Shown here piece after piece: positions 8,775 to 18,215 of a stretch of DNA of 59,925 nt. The notes below the pieces were generated by a model. It saw only the letters and a list, made by a program, of their open reading frames with translations. It was not told where the DNA came from and ran no database searches. The DNA comes from an uncultured Gammaproteobacteria bacterium (GTDB lineage: Bacteria > Pseudomonadota > Gammaproteobacteria > Poriferisulfidales > GCA-002705445). The translations under genes and the position numbers were made by a program. The stretch covers positions 1 to 59,925 of the forward strand of contig CAJWEM010000005.1 of assembly GCA_913031205.1 (NCBI GenBank), read 5' to 3'. Position 1 is the stretch's first letter; each line of letters starts with the position of its first letter.

Positions 8775-9892
8775 TCTTTGAAAAAATCTGAAATAACTTT
8801 TGAAAATCTCTCTTCATCAACTAAGAAAGAATCATGTCCCTGAATCGAGTCTAATTTTTTAAAAGAAAAGTTCTTTTTTGCTTTCTCAAAACCTTCAGCA
8901 AGCTCTGCTTGTTGGTCAATAGGAAATAAAATATCTGACTTTACTCCAATTATAAGATTTCTCTTTGTATGTATCTTTGCTAATCCGGCATTGACTGTTC
9001 CTCCATGTTCAGCTACATCAAAAAGATCCATTGCTCTCGATAAATACAGATAGCAATTTGGATCGAACATAGAGATAAACTTTTCTGAGTTATGATCCAA
9101 GTAACTCTCAACTTCAAATTCAATATCAAACATTTTTTGATCTTCGTTTTTCTTTATCCTTGCTCTATTAAATCTCTCTCGCCATTCGTTGGCTGCTCGA
9201 TAAGACATCAAGCCAAGTTTTCTAGCAAGCTTCATTCCATTTAAGGGAGCTAAATCTTTTGTATAATTTCCCTTTTCCCATTTTGGATCACTTCTTATTA
9301 ATTCTCTTTGTAACGATCTTATTGATATTGTAAACGGCAATGCTCTTGCAGCCGCAGATATTACTATTAAATTTGATAAATCTTTCGGGTAAAGTAAAGC
9401 ATATGCCAGAGCTGTCATTCCACCCATTGACGGCCCAATTACGGTGTGTGCTTTATCTATTCCAAGTAATAAAAGAACCATGTGCCCTGCTTTAGCAATA
9501 TCCTCAATAGAAAGTTCAGGAAATTTAGTTCCGTAAATACTACCTGTCTCTTTATCAAGGGTCGCTGGGGATGTTGAGCCAAAGCAGCTTCCAAGTGAAT
9601 TTATACATATTACAAAATATTTATTTGTATCAATAGGTTTATTAGGTCCAATCATATATTCCCACCACCCAGCTTCTTTATTAGTATCCGAAGATGCTGC
9701 ATGAGATGATGGCGAAAGACCTGTAAATATTAAAATCGCATTGTCGTTATTTATTGATAGCTCACCCCAGGTTTCATAAGCGATTTCAACATTATTTAAA
9801 ACACCGCCTTTGAACATTTTAAAACCCGTACTCCCATAGTCGCTTGGGAGTTTTGCAATTTTTATACCTTTAACTTGAAAATCGTTTGACAT
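8771..9892 (-). CDS. MetX-family O-acyltransferase, probably serine O-succinyl/acetyltransferase subtype
   Basis: AYETWG, TGLSPSSHAAS, GWWE, GPSMGGM nucleophile, FDPNCYL, SDILFP, GHDSFL. Confidence 0.85.
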   Translation of the reverse strand: MSNDFQVKGIKIAKLPSDYGSTGFKMFKGGVLNNVEIAYETWGELSINNDNAILIFTGLSPSSHAASSDTNKEAGWWEYMIGPNKPIDTNKYFVICINSLGSCFGSTSPATLDKETGSIYGTKFPELSIEDIAKAGHMVLLLLGIDKAHTVIGPSMGGMTALAYALLYPKDLSNLIVISAAARALPFTISIRSLQRELIRSDPKWEKGNYTKDLAPLNGMKLARKLGLMSYRAANEWRERFNRARIKKNEDQKMFDIEFEVESYLDHNSEKFISMFDPNCYLYLSRAMDLFDVAEHGGTVNAGLAKIHTKRNLIIGVKSDILFPIDQQAELAEGFEKAKKNFSFKKLDSIQGHDSFLVDEERFSKVISDFFKD

Positions 9893-9922
9893 AAAACTAA
9901 TCTAAAAAAAATTTTTTATGAA

Positions 9923-10384
9923 TTATACTTTAGAGTACAGATCAAATGAATAACCTTTCTGTAAGCAATTTTTTAACCATAAATGTAAGAAGTAATTTTT
10001 ATACCATTTTCTAAGCCTAATATCATGAAAGCTTTTAATATTATTTGCTTGTATACCTTTCCTAGACCTATTGAAATCAATAATTTCAACCTGTTTTGAA
10101 TCAAAATAAATCTTTAAGGAAACATATTCAATAAATTTATTTCCAGGAAAGAAATTATAAGAAAACTTAATTTCTGCAGTATGGTTAGAAATTGAGCAGA
10201 TATTTAATCTTAAGCTATTATCTGTAATATTAGGTTTAGCTTCAAAAAATTTACTGATATTTTTCTCTGTGATAATTCGAAAATCGATTAAATCTCTTAA
10301 TAGTCTGAAGTTTCTTTCATAAGATTTCATGAGTGAAAGAAAGTTATTTTTACTAACAGAATTTATGCTTACACCTACATTCAT
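9923..10384 (-). CDS. DUF1249 (YqiB-like) protein
   Basis: LM..YERNF.LL, Y.D...EI, KW..N.FL..WL..CL..G pattern; start uncertain (10384 or 10405). Confidence 0.7.
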   Translation of the reverse strand: MNVGVSINSVSKNNFLSLMKSYERNFRLLRDLIDFRIITEKNISKFFEAKPNITDNSLRLNICSISNHTAEIKFSYNFFPGNKFIEYVSLKIYFDSKQVEIIDFNRSRKGIQANNIKSFHDIRLRKWYKNYFLHLWLKNCLQKGYSFDLYSKV

Positions 10385-10564
10385 AAGTGTAATAATACAC
10401 ATCAAAAAGTTGACTGTCTATTTGTATAAAGATAAAAATTAACCAAACAAAGTCATATTGTTAATTTAAACAATATTCTTTAAAGACATATGATGATTAG
10501 ATTTTAAAATGAATAAAAGCTAACTCTTGATCTTTTTTTAATTCTTAAAACTAGTTTGATTTAG

Positions 10565-10780
10565 TTATTTAGCTTCTACATCTGTAGCAGTTAAACCTTT
10601 TTCGCTCTCAGTTACAGTAAATTCAACAGCTTGCCCTTCTTTAAGAGTCCTGTATCCATCGCCTTCAATCTTAATTGCACCGAAGTGAACGAATACATCT
10701 TTTCCGCTTTCTCGTTGAATAAACCCGTAGCCTTTAGAGTCGTTAAACCATTTAACTGTACCGGTTTCTCTATCTGACAT
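10565..10780 (-). CDS. Cold-shock protein (CspA family)
   Basis: [24 protein letters not shown] motifs. Confidence 0.96.
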   Translation of the reverse strand: MSDRETGTVKWFNDSKGYGFIQRESGKDVFVHFGAIKIEGDGYRTLKEGQAVEFTVTESEKGLTATDVEAK

Positions 10781-10861
10781 ATTATTCTTCTATATGTTTA
10801 TTAATCAAAAAAAAGTTATAGTTAAAAAAAACAAAACTTTTTTAGCTATTTAGAGAATAAA

Positions 10862-11107
10862 TCAGTTTTGATTTAAACTCATATTACGTATCATATCAGC
10901 AATTTCATTTACTGCAATGTCTTTTGAAGAAATTTTATTTAGAAGTAAATCATAAATTGTTGGATCTTCGAGTGATAATAATTTGACAAATGCTTTTTTA
11001 TGAGTACTAGAAACACTGTGATAGCAATTGTTAAAAAAACCACTCATTAGCATATCAAGCTCTTTGGTGCCTCTTCTGCATTTCCAAATAATTTCTTTTT
11101 CGTCCAT
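10862..11107 (-). CDS. sdhE: Succinate dehydrogenase flavinylation/assembly factor
   Basis: WKCRRGTKELD (RGxxE motif); directly after sdhB. Confidence 0.9.
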   Translation of the reverse strand: MDEKEIIWKCRRGTKELDMLMSGFFNNCYHSVSSTHKKAFVKLLSLEDPTIYDLLLNKISSKDIAVNEIADMIRNMSLNQN

Positions 11108-11109
11108 AC

Positions 11110-11895
11110 TTAAATTTTATTTGAAACCATCAAGGATTTTATTTTTGCAATTTGTTTTGCTGGGTTTAAACCTTTAGGGCACGCGTTAGTGCAGTTCATG
11201 ATTGTATGGCATTTATAAAGTTTAAATGTATCCTCCAATCTCTCAAGTCTTTCTTTTTGATGTTCATCTCTCGAGTCAGCTATCCATCTGTACGCCTGCA
11301 TTAATGTTGCGGGCCCAAGATATTTATCGCTATTCCACCAATAGCTTGGGCAACTTGTCGAACAACAAGCACAAAGAATACATTCATCTGAACCATCTAG
11401 TTCCGCTAGCTCCTCCTTAGATTGAAGTCTCTCTGTTGTAAGATCCTCTGGTTCATCTGCTTGAAGCCACGGTTGAACAGATTCATATTGTTTGTAAAAA
11501 TTAGATAGGTCAGTAACTAAATCTTTTACGACCGGCATATGTGGTAGTGGATATATTTTAATATCACCTTTAACTTCCTCGATACTTTTAGTGCAAGCTA
11601 AAGCATTTCTACCATCGATATTCATTGAGCATGATCCGCAAATTCCTTCTCTACAAGATCTTCTGAAAGTGATTGTAGTATCAATTTCATTTTTTATCTT
11701 CAATAAAGCATCAAGAATCATTGGTCCACAATCTGTAGTGTCAATCTCATATGTGTCTACACGTGGATTCTTTTCATCATCAGGGTCATACCGATAAATT
11801 TTGAACTTCCTAATGTTCTTTTCATCGGCGCCTTCGCACTTGAAATATTTTCCAGTTTTAACTATTGAATTTAATGGTAATGTGAACTCAGCCAT
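11110..11895 (-). CDS. sdhB: Succinate dehydrogenase iron-sulfur subunit
   Basis: [40 protein letters not shown]. Confidence 0.98.
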   Translation of the reverse strand: MAEFTLPLNSIVKTGKYFKCEGADEKNIRKFKIYRYDPDDEKNPRVDTYEIDTTDCGPMILDALLKIKNEIDTTITFRRSCREGICGSCSMNIDGRNALACTKSIEEVKGDIKIYPLPHMPVVKDLVTDLSNFYKQYESVQPWLQADEPEDLTTERLQSKEELAELDGSDECILCACCSTSCPSYWWNSDKYLGPATLMQAYRWIADSRDEHQKERLERLEDTFKLYKCHTIMNCTNACPKGLNPAKQIAKIKSLMVSNKI

Positions 11896-11897
11896 TA

Positions 11898-13688
11898 TTA
11901 ATAAACCCTCTTCTTGGGTGGAACTGCTTCAACTTCATCCGTTAAAGTTGTTAAAATAACCCTTCTGTAACATATATCTACTATACCACTATCATCTATT
12001 GATGCAATTGTATGTTTGAGCCATTCCTTATCGTTCCGATCAGGAAAATCATCTCTTGCATGAGCCCCTCTAGATTCTTTTCTATTATACGCTGATTCAA
12101 CAGATACAATGGACTGAGTAATTAGGTTTTCCAATTCTAAGGTTTCTAATAATTCTGTGTTCCACTTCAAAGAATTATCATTTAGGTTTATATCGGAGAA
12201 ATCTTTATATATGGAGTGAATATTTTTTCTGCCTTCTTCTAATGTTTCTTCGGTTCTGAAAACAGCGACGCTTTTCTGATTTTCTTTTTGCAATTTTGAC
12301 CTTAATTGCGCTGGATTGTGTGTACCTGAGGAGTACCTTGTTTTGTCAAGTCTAGATATAATTTTATCTAATGATTCTTTATTTGAATCAGGATGCTTTA
12401 CTCCGGTTTTTACAAGTTTTGAGGCCTGTTTAGCAGCAGCTCTTCCAAATACAATAAGATCTAATAGTGAATTCGAGCCAAGTCTATTTGCGCCATGAAC
12501 AGATACACATGCTGTTTCTCCAATTGCCATTAACCCAGGAACAATAGTTTCTTCTTTTTCGTTTTTTGGTATTACGACTTCCCCAAAATAATTTGTGGGT
12601 ATTCCTCCCATATTGTAATGAACAGTAGGTATTACCGGGATTGGTGCTTTTGTAACATCAACACCAGCAAAAATTCTTGCTGACTCAGCAATACCGGGAA
12701 GTTTTTCATTTATTACATCTTTGCCTAAATGTTCTAAATGAAGTTCTATATGATCTTTATCTTTTCCAACGCCTCTACCTTCGTTAATCTCTATTGTCAT
12801 TGATCTACTTACAACATCTCTAGATGCAAGATCTTTTGCGTTTGGCGCGTATCTTTCCATGAACCTTTCACCATCAGAATTAGTAAGGTATCCACCTTCG
12901 CCCCTTGATCCCTCAGTTATAAGACATCCTGCACCGTAAATTCCTGTTGGATGAAACTGAGTAAACTCCATATCTTGAAGAGGTATTCCCGCTCTTTGCG
13001 CCATACCACTTCCATCACCAGTACAGGTATGAGCTGATGTTGCAGAAAAATATGCTCTGCCATAACCGCCAGTTGCAAGTAGTGTTACATGCCCTTTGAA
13101 CAGGTGAAGTTTTCCGCTAGCAAGATCTATTGCAACAACACCAGTACATTTTCCGTCATTCATTACCAAGTCAATTGCAAAATACTCTATAAAAAACTCT
13201 GCTTTGTATTTGAGTGATTGTTGGTAAAGAGTGTGCAAGATAGAGTGGCCTGTTCTGTCTGCAGCAGCACATGTTCTCTGCGCTGTTCCATCACCATAAT
13301 GAGTTGTCATTCCACCAAATGGTCTTTGATAAATCTTCCCAGCTTCAGTTCTTGAGAATGGAACCCCATAGTGTTCTAGTTCAATAACTGATGGTATTGC
13401 TTCCCTACACATATATTCAATTGCATCTTGATCACCAAGCCAGTCAGAACCTTTTATTGTGTCATACATATGCCAACGCCAATCATCTTCGCCCATATTT
13501 CCAAGGGCAGCACTCATTCCACCCTGAGCTGCGACTGTATGACTTCTTGTAGGAAAAACTTTTGTAATACATGCAGTTTTTAAACCTTCAGTCGCCATCC
13601 CAAGTGTGGCACGTAATCCAGAACCACCAGCACCTACAACTATTACGTCATATTCATGTACGGTCATTTCGTAATCATTTTTATTCAT
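11898..13688 (-). CDS. sdhA: Succinate dehydrogenase flavoprotein
   Basis: [16 protein letters not shown] (FAD His), [23 protein letters not shown]. Confidence 0.98.
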   Translation of the reverse strand: MNKNDYEMTVHEYDVIVVGAGGSGLRATLGMATEGLKTACITKVFPTRSHTVAAQGGMSAALGNMGEDDWRWHMYDTIKGSDWLGDQDAIEYMCREAIPSVIELEHYGVPFSRTEAGKIYQRPFGGMTTHYGDGTAQRTCAAADRTGHSILHTLYQQSLKYKAEFFIEYFAIDLVMNDGKCTGVVAIDLASGKLHLFKGHVTLLATGGYGRAYFSATSAHTCTGDGSGMAQRAGIPLQDMEFTQFHPTGIYGAGCLITEGSRGEGGYLTNSDGERFMERYAPNAKDLASRDVVSRSMTIEINEGRGVGKDKDHIELHLEHLGKDVINEKLPGIAESARIFAGVDVTKAPIPVIPTVHYNMGGIPTNYFGEVVIPKNEKEETIVPGLMAIGETACVSVHGANRLGSNSLLDLIVFGRAAAKQASKLVKTGVKHPDSNKESLDKIISRLDKTRYSSGTHNPAQLRSKLQKENQKSVAVFRTEETLEEGRKNIHSIYKDFSDINLNDNSLKWNTELLETLELENLITQSIVSVESAYNRKESRGAHARDDFPDRNDKEWLKHTIASIDDSGIVDICYRRVILTTLTDEVEAVPPKKRVY

Positions 13689-14042
13689 CTAAAGCTGCAC
13701 TCCAAAATAAATTTTTGCAATAGCGATTAAACCCAAAAATGCTAGGAAATAATAGATAATATTTACAAGTTTGATATAAAAATCTCTAAACTTGATAGTA
13801 GAAATATAATCCTCCAGTATTACTTGTATCCCAAGCTGAAAATGTCGAGCAGAAATTATAATTAAAATTGAAAGTAAAATATAGTTTGGGGTTCGACTAA
13901 TCCAAAGCACCATATTTTCATGGGTAATTTCAGGAATAAGGCTTAAGGAATATATAATCCAAAGTGCTAGCGGGAAGAAAAGGATCGTAGAAAACCTATG
14001 GTATAACCAATGTTTTTTTCCATGTAAAACTTTTAATAGCAA
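13689..14042 (-). CDS. sdhD: Succinate dehydrogenase membrane anchor
   Basis: HW..HR.S, HFQLGIQVILEDY; TTG start preceded by AGAGGAG SD. Confidence 0.9.
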   Translation of the reverse strand: MLLKVLHGKKHWLYHRFSTILFFPLALWIIYSLSLIPEITHENMVLWISRTPNYILLSILIIISARHFQLGIQVILEDYISTIKFRDFYIKLVNIIYYFLAFLGLIAIAKIYFGVQL

Positions 14043-14065
14043 CTTTAATTCTCCTCTTACTTATT

Positions 14066-14446
14066 CTATAGCAAATAAAGCAAGACTGTAATAATTGTCA
14101 TCAGTGCTGTAGCTGATAGCACTATTAGAGACCAAATAAAGGGAGCATTTCCGCTAAAACCGTAGCCAAGATCCCAAAAAAGATGCCTAACCTCATTGGA
14201 CATATACAGATACAAGGAAAATATCCAGAGGCCCGATAAAACCTTACCAATAGTACTAGTAAATATTGTATAGCTTATATTATAGATTTCACTACCTGAT
14301 GCAATCGAAATTAGGAAAATTATAAATAATGCATAAGCCATACCATTCACAACAAAACAGGCTCTGCTTGATATTGACACAAGCGCGACAAGAGGTAATC
14401 TGTATACTTGAAGATGTGGTGAAAGTGGAACTTTATTTAGTGACAT
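14066..14446 (-). CDS. sdhC: Succinate dehydrogenase cytochrome b subunit (axial His replaced by Tyr)
   Basis: PLSPHLQVY, three TM segments, RHLFWDLG; AGGAG SD; first gene of sdhCDAB. Confidence 0.92.
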   Translation of the reverse strand: MSLNKVPLSPHLQVYRLPLVALVSISSRACFVVNGMAYALFIIFLISIASGSEIYNISYTIFTSTIGKVLSGLWIFSLYLYMSNEVRHLFWDLGYGFSGNAPFIWSLIVLSATALMTIITVLLYLL

Positions 14447-14489
14447 TTTTCTCCTAATTATAAATAATTAAATATTACTAAACCTGTAC

Positions 14490-15473
14490 ATGATAAACGA
14501 TTTTTTCGTAAAATTCCTCACAAAAAAGCCAGTAATGGACGATTATGGTCTTTCATATAACCATGATTTTGCCGATGAAATTCAAATGATCAAGAACAAT
14601 TATTCTTTATCACAACTATCAAATAAAGTATTAATAAAGTGTTCTGGCGAGGGGGTAGATAATTTTCTCAATACACAGTTTACCAATGATATAAAAAAAC
14701 TTGAAAAAAATGAGATTTTACTTTCAGGGTATTGCAATCCAAAGGGAAGATTAATATCAGTTTTCTATATTTTTCAATTAGATAAAGATTATTATTTATA
14801 TACAACATTAGATTCATCTGAGCTATTAATCAAAAAGTTAAACATGTACAAAATGGCTTTAAAAATTGATTTTGTGCCAATTAATGAAATTTTAGTTGGT
14901 GTTTCAAATATAAAAGAAAACCCAAATTTTTCATATAACGAACTTTTAGAGAAAAAAATATTAAAGAAAGATAACTCAATAATTTTTCTTCTGTATGAAA
15001 ATTACGCAATAATTTCCACAAATTTAGAGGATTTTCAAAAATATCTAGATATTGAAAAAGCACACTTATTAGGCTATAAGTCTTCTGATTTTTTGGATAT
15101 ATATAATTACACGCCCTTTATAAATAAATTAGCCATAGAGGCTTTTACACCACAAATGATTTCTTTAGATACACTAAAAGGGGTTTCATTTGAGAAAGGC
15201 TGTTACCCAGGACAAGAGATTGTTGCACGGACACATTATTTGGGAGAAGCAAAAAAATCCTTATTTAGATTTGAATTAAAAGCCGATAATGTTTTAGATG
15301 GACAAACAAAAATACAAAATCAAGATAAGAAACAAGCAGGAGATATAATAAATATCAGTAAGACAGATAATAATAAATATTCATGTCTCGGTGTATTGAG
15401 GAAAGAATTTGCAAATCAAAACTTATCAATAGACTCAGATATAGCTGTTTCTAATGTTAAAGGAGTTGAATAG
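14490..15473 (+). CDS. ygfZ: YgfZ/IBA57 folate-binding Fe-S maturation protein
   Basis: FL..QFTND, CNPKGRL, KGCYPGQEIVAR signature; start may be 14535. Confidence 0.92.
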   Translation: MINDFFVKFLTKKPVMDDYGLSYNHDFADEIQMIKNNYSLSQLSNKVLIKCSGEGVDNFLNTQFTNDIKKLEKNEILLSGYCNPKGRLISVFYIFQLDKDYYLYTTLDSSELLIKKLNMYKMALKIDFVPINEILVGVSNIKENPNFSYNELLEKKILKKDNSIIFLLYENYAIISTNLEDFQKYLDIEKAHLLGYKSSDFLDIYNYTPFINKLAIEAFTPQMISLDTLKGVSFEKGCYPGQEIVARTHYLGEAKKSLFRFELKADNVLDGQTKIQNQDKKQAGDIINISKTDNNKYSCLGVLRKEFANQNLSIDSDIAVSNVKGVE

Positions 15474-15476
15474 AAT

Positions 15477-15623
15477 ATGATAAAGTATCTAATAATATTA
15501 ATTGTACTATTTATATTGTTAATAATTTTTATAAATCGAAAAAATAAAGATCTATTCTGGCCTTTATTGATACTCGCATTAGTACTTTTAATAGTTATAG
15601 TTTTAGCATTTATCGGATACTGA
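15477..15623 (+). CDS. Small two-TM membrane protein, 48 aa (not in ORF track)
   Basis: MIKYLIILIVLFILLIIFINRKNKDLFWPLLILALVLLIVIVLAFIGY; fills the ygfZ-lysS gap; AGGAG at 15461-15465. Confidence 0.65.
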   Translation: MIKYLIILIVLFILLIIFINRKNKDLFWPLLILALVLLIVIVLAFIGY

Positions 15624-15629
15624 TGGATT

Positions 15630-17108
15630 TCAACGCATTAAAGGGAATAAAAGAACATCTCGAATAGATGGCGAGTCACTGAGGATCATTACAAGCCTAT
15701 CAATCCCAATACCCTCTCCTGCCGTAGGAGGCATACCATATTCTAGCGCTTCAATGTAATCTTCGTCTAAATACATTGCCTCTTTATCGCCTTTATCCTT
15801 GAGCTCAACTTGTTTTTCAAATCTTAACCTTTGATCGTCAGGATCATTTAATTCAGAAAATCCGTTCGCAATTTCTTTTCCCATAATAAAAAATTCAAAC
15901 CTATCAGCGATTTTCGGATTGTCATCATTTACACGCGCTAAGGGTGAAACTTCTATTGGATATTCAGTAATAAATGTTGGATTTATAAGATTAGCCTCAA
16001 CGTTTTTTTCAAAAATTGCAAAATGCATTTCACCAAGTGATTGATGAATTTCTGTATCGATTTGCTTCGTCTTACAGTATTCTTTCAAGTATTTTTCATT
16101 TAATAAATGATCTTCTTCAAGTTCCTTTGAAAATTTTAAAATTGATTCAGACAGCGTCATTCTCGAAAATGGTTTTGAAAAATCTATGTCGTAATCTTGG
16201 TATTTTAAAATATCTGAATTTTTTACTTCCTTGACAACTTTTTTTAATAATTCTTCCGTTAAATTCATCATATCTATATAATTTGAATATGTTTGATAAA
16301 ACTCAATCATTGTGAATTCAGGATTATGTTTTGAAGAAACACCTTCATTTCTAAAGTTTCTATTAATTTCATAAATTTTGCTAAAACCTCCAACAATTAA
16401 CCTTTTTAAGAAAAGTTCAGGAGCGATTCTCATATATAAATTCATATCTAAAGTATTATGATGTGTCACAAATGGTCTTGCAGTAGCGCCCCCAGGAATT
16501 TTGTGCATCATGGGCGTTTCGACCTCTATATAACCATGATTATCAAAAAAATTTCTTATACTCTTCATAGTTTTGAATCTAATATCAAAGGTTTTTTTTG
16601 TTTCTTCATTGCATATCAGGTCTAAGTAACGCTTTCTGTACTTTATTTCTTGATCTGTAAGGCCGTGGTATTTTTCAGGAAGTGGTCTTAAAGATTTTGT
16701 TACTATGTCAAAGTGTGAGCAATAAATTGTCAGCTCTCCGGTTTTTGTTTTAAACAAATAACCTTCAACATGAACAATATCACCAATGTCAGATTCTTTG
16801 AATAATTGAAAAATATCTTTATCTAGGCTTGTTTTGTCAACGTAAAATTGCAAACTACCAGTTTCATCTTTTAAATTAGCAAAACTAGATTTACCCATTA
16901 CCCTTTTTGTCATCATTCGCCCATTTACAACAAATAATTTTTCTTTATCATCAATTACATCATTTTCTATTGATTTTTTAATAATTGATTCGATTGTATA
17001 ACCTTTAAGAAAATTATTTTTATAGCTATTTCCACTTTCTTTTAGTTTTTGGAGTTTCTTTCTTCTCTCTAAAATGAGTCTGTGCGATTCATCTGTTTTT
17101 TTATTCAT
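15630..17108 (-). CDS. lysS: Lysine--tRNA ligase
   Basis: PLPEKYHGL, EVETPMM, GGATARPF, YEINRNFRNEG, YGMPPTAGEGIGIDRL; start overlaps the prfB stop. Confidence 0.98.
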   Translation of the reverse strand: MNKKTDESHRLILERRKKLQKLKESGNSYKNNFLKGYTIESIIKKSIENDVIDDKEKLFVVNGRMMTKRVMGKSSFANLKDETGSLQFYVDKTSLDKDIFQLFKESDIGDIVHVEGYLFKTKTGELTIYCSHFDIVTKSLRPLPEKYHGLTDQEIKYRKRYLDLICNEETKKTFDIRFKTMKSIRNFFDNHGYIEVETPMMHKIPGGATARPFVTHHNTLDMNLYMRIAPELFLKRLIVGGFSKIYEINRNFRNEGVSSKHNPEFTMIEFYQTYSNYIDMMNLTEELLKKVVKEVKNSDILKYQDYDIDFSKPFSRMTLSESILKFSKELEEDHLLNEKYLKEYCKTKQIDTEIHQSLGEMHFAIFEKNVEANLINPTFITEYPIEVSPLARVNDDNPKIADRFEFFIMGKEIANGFSELNDPDDQRLRFEKQVELKDKGDKEAMYLDEDYIEALEYGMPPTAGEGIGIDRLVMILSDSPSIRDVLLFPLMR

Positions 17109-18211
17109 TTTTTTCACCCATCTTTAAACTAGCTTCAATAAACATGTCAATATTACCATCTAAAACCGATTGAGTATTGCTTGTTTCAATATTTGTTCTC
17201 AAATCCTTAATTCTTGATTGATCTAATACGTATGATCTTATTTGGCTTCCCCAGCCAATGTCAGCTTTTTGGCTCTCAATATTTTCTTGTTCATTTTTTT
17301 TCTTTTGAATTTCTATTTCGTAAAGCTTTGCTTTTAGTTGCTTTAAAGCTGTTTCTTTATTCTTATGCTGAGATCTCCCATTTTGACACTGAGTAACCAC
17401 ACCAGACTTTAGGTGCGTAATTCTAACAGCAGATTCTGTTTTATTAACATGTTGACCTCCAGCGCCACTTGCCCTAAATACATCAATTCTTAGCTCACTT
17501 GGGTCGACTTCAATTTCAATATCATCATTAATTTCAGGCGTAACAAATATAGATGCAAATGACGTATGTCTTCTGTTTCCTGAATCAAATGGAGACTTGC
17601 GAACCAACCTATGAACACCTGTCTCTGTTTTTAACCATCCAAATGCATATTCGCCATCAAACTTTAATGTTGAGCTTTTAATTCCAGCTACCTCGCCGCT
17701 TGTTATGCTAATTGTTTCCACAGAGAAACTATTTTTCTCTCCCCATCGCAAGTACATTCTTTGAAGCATTTCTGCCCAGTCTTGAGCCTCGGTACCACCT
17801 GAGCCAGCTTGAATATCTAAGTAAGCATTACATTTATCAGATTTTCCTGAAAAAATCTTTAGAAAAGATAACTTTTCGATAGAAACTTTAATTTTTTTAA
17901 TTTCATTATTTAAATATTCAGCAACCTCGTTAGACTGATCCTCGTCATATAAATCTTTAAATTCTTTAATTTGAATAAAGTCTTCATTAATTTTTGAAAA
18001 TTCAGAAATTTCTTTCTCTAAAGAAGATTTTTTCTTTGATAAAGACAAGGATTTATCTCTATCTGACCAAATATTTTCATCTTGAAGCTGTACTTCTAGT
18101 CCTTGAACTTCCTCTTTTTTTGAATCAATGTCAAAGAAACCTCCCAACCTCTAAAATTTCTTTTTCAATATGGGTAATTTGCATATCGAAATCATTTTCA
18201 AGCTTATTCAT
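17101..18211 (-). CDS. prfB: Peptide chain release factor 2, translated by programmed +1 frameshift
   Basis: SPF and GGQ motifs; upstream frame MNKLENDFDMQITHIEKEILEVGRFL from ATG 18211 ends at CTT-TGA-C. Confidence 0.96.
18130..18145 (-). promoter_or_regulatory. prfB +1 frameshift cassette
   Basis: GGGAGG-TTT-CTT-TGA-C: internal SD, slippery codon and UGA stop. Confidence 0.93.
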
Positions 18212-18215
18212 AATA

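Noticed and set aside
10406-10564. 159-bp spacer with TTGACT and a short ATATTGTT/AACAATAT inverted repeat as a possible sRNA or antisense promoter
   Set aside because: No properly spaced -10, and the short AT-only repeat is expected by chance
10808-10843. AAAAAAGTT...AACTTTTTT hairpin after sdhE as a terminator
   Set aside because: Stem is almost all A/T with a long loop; too weak to call
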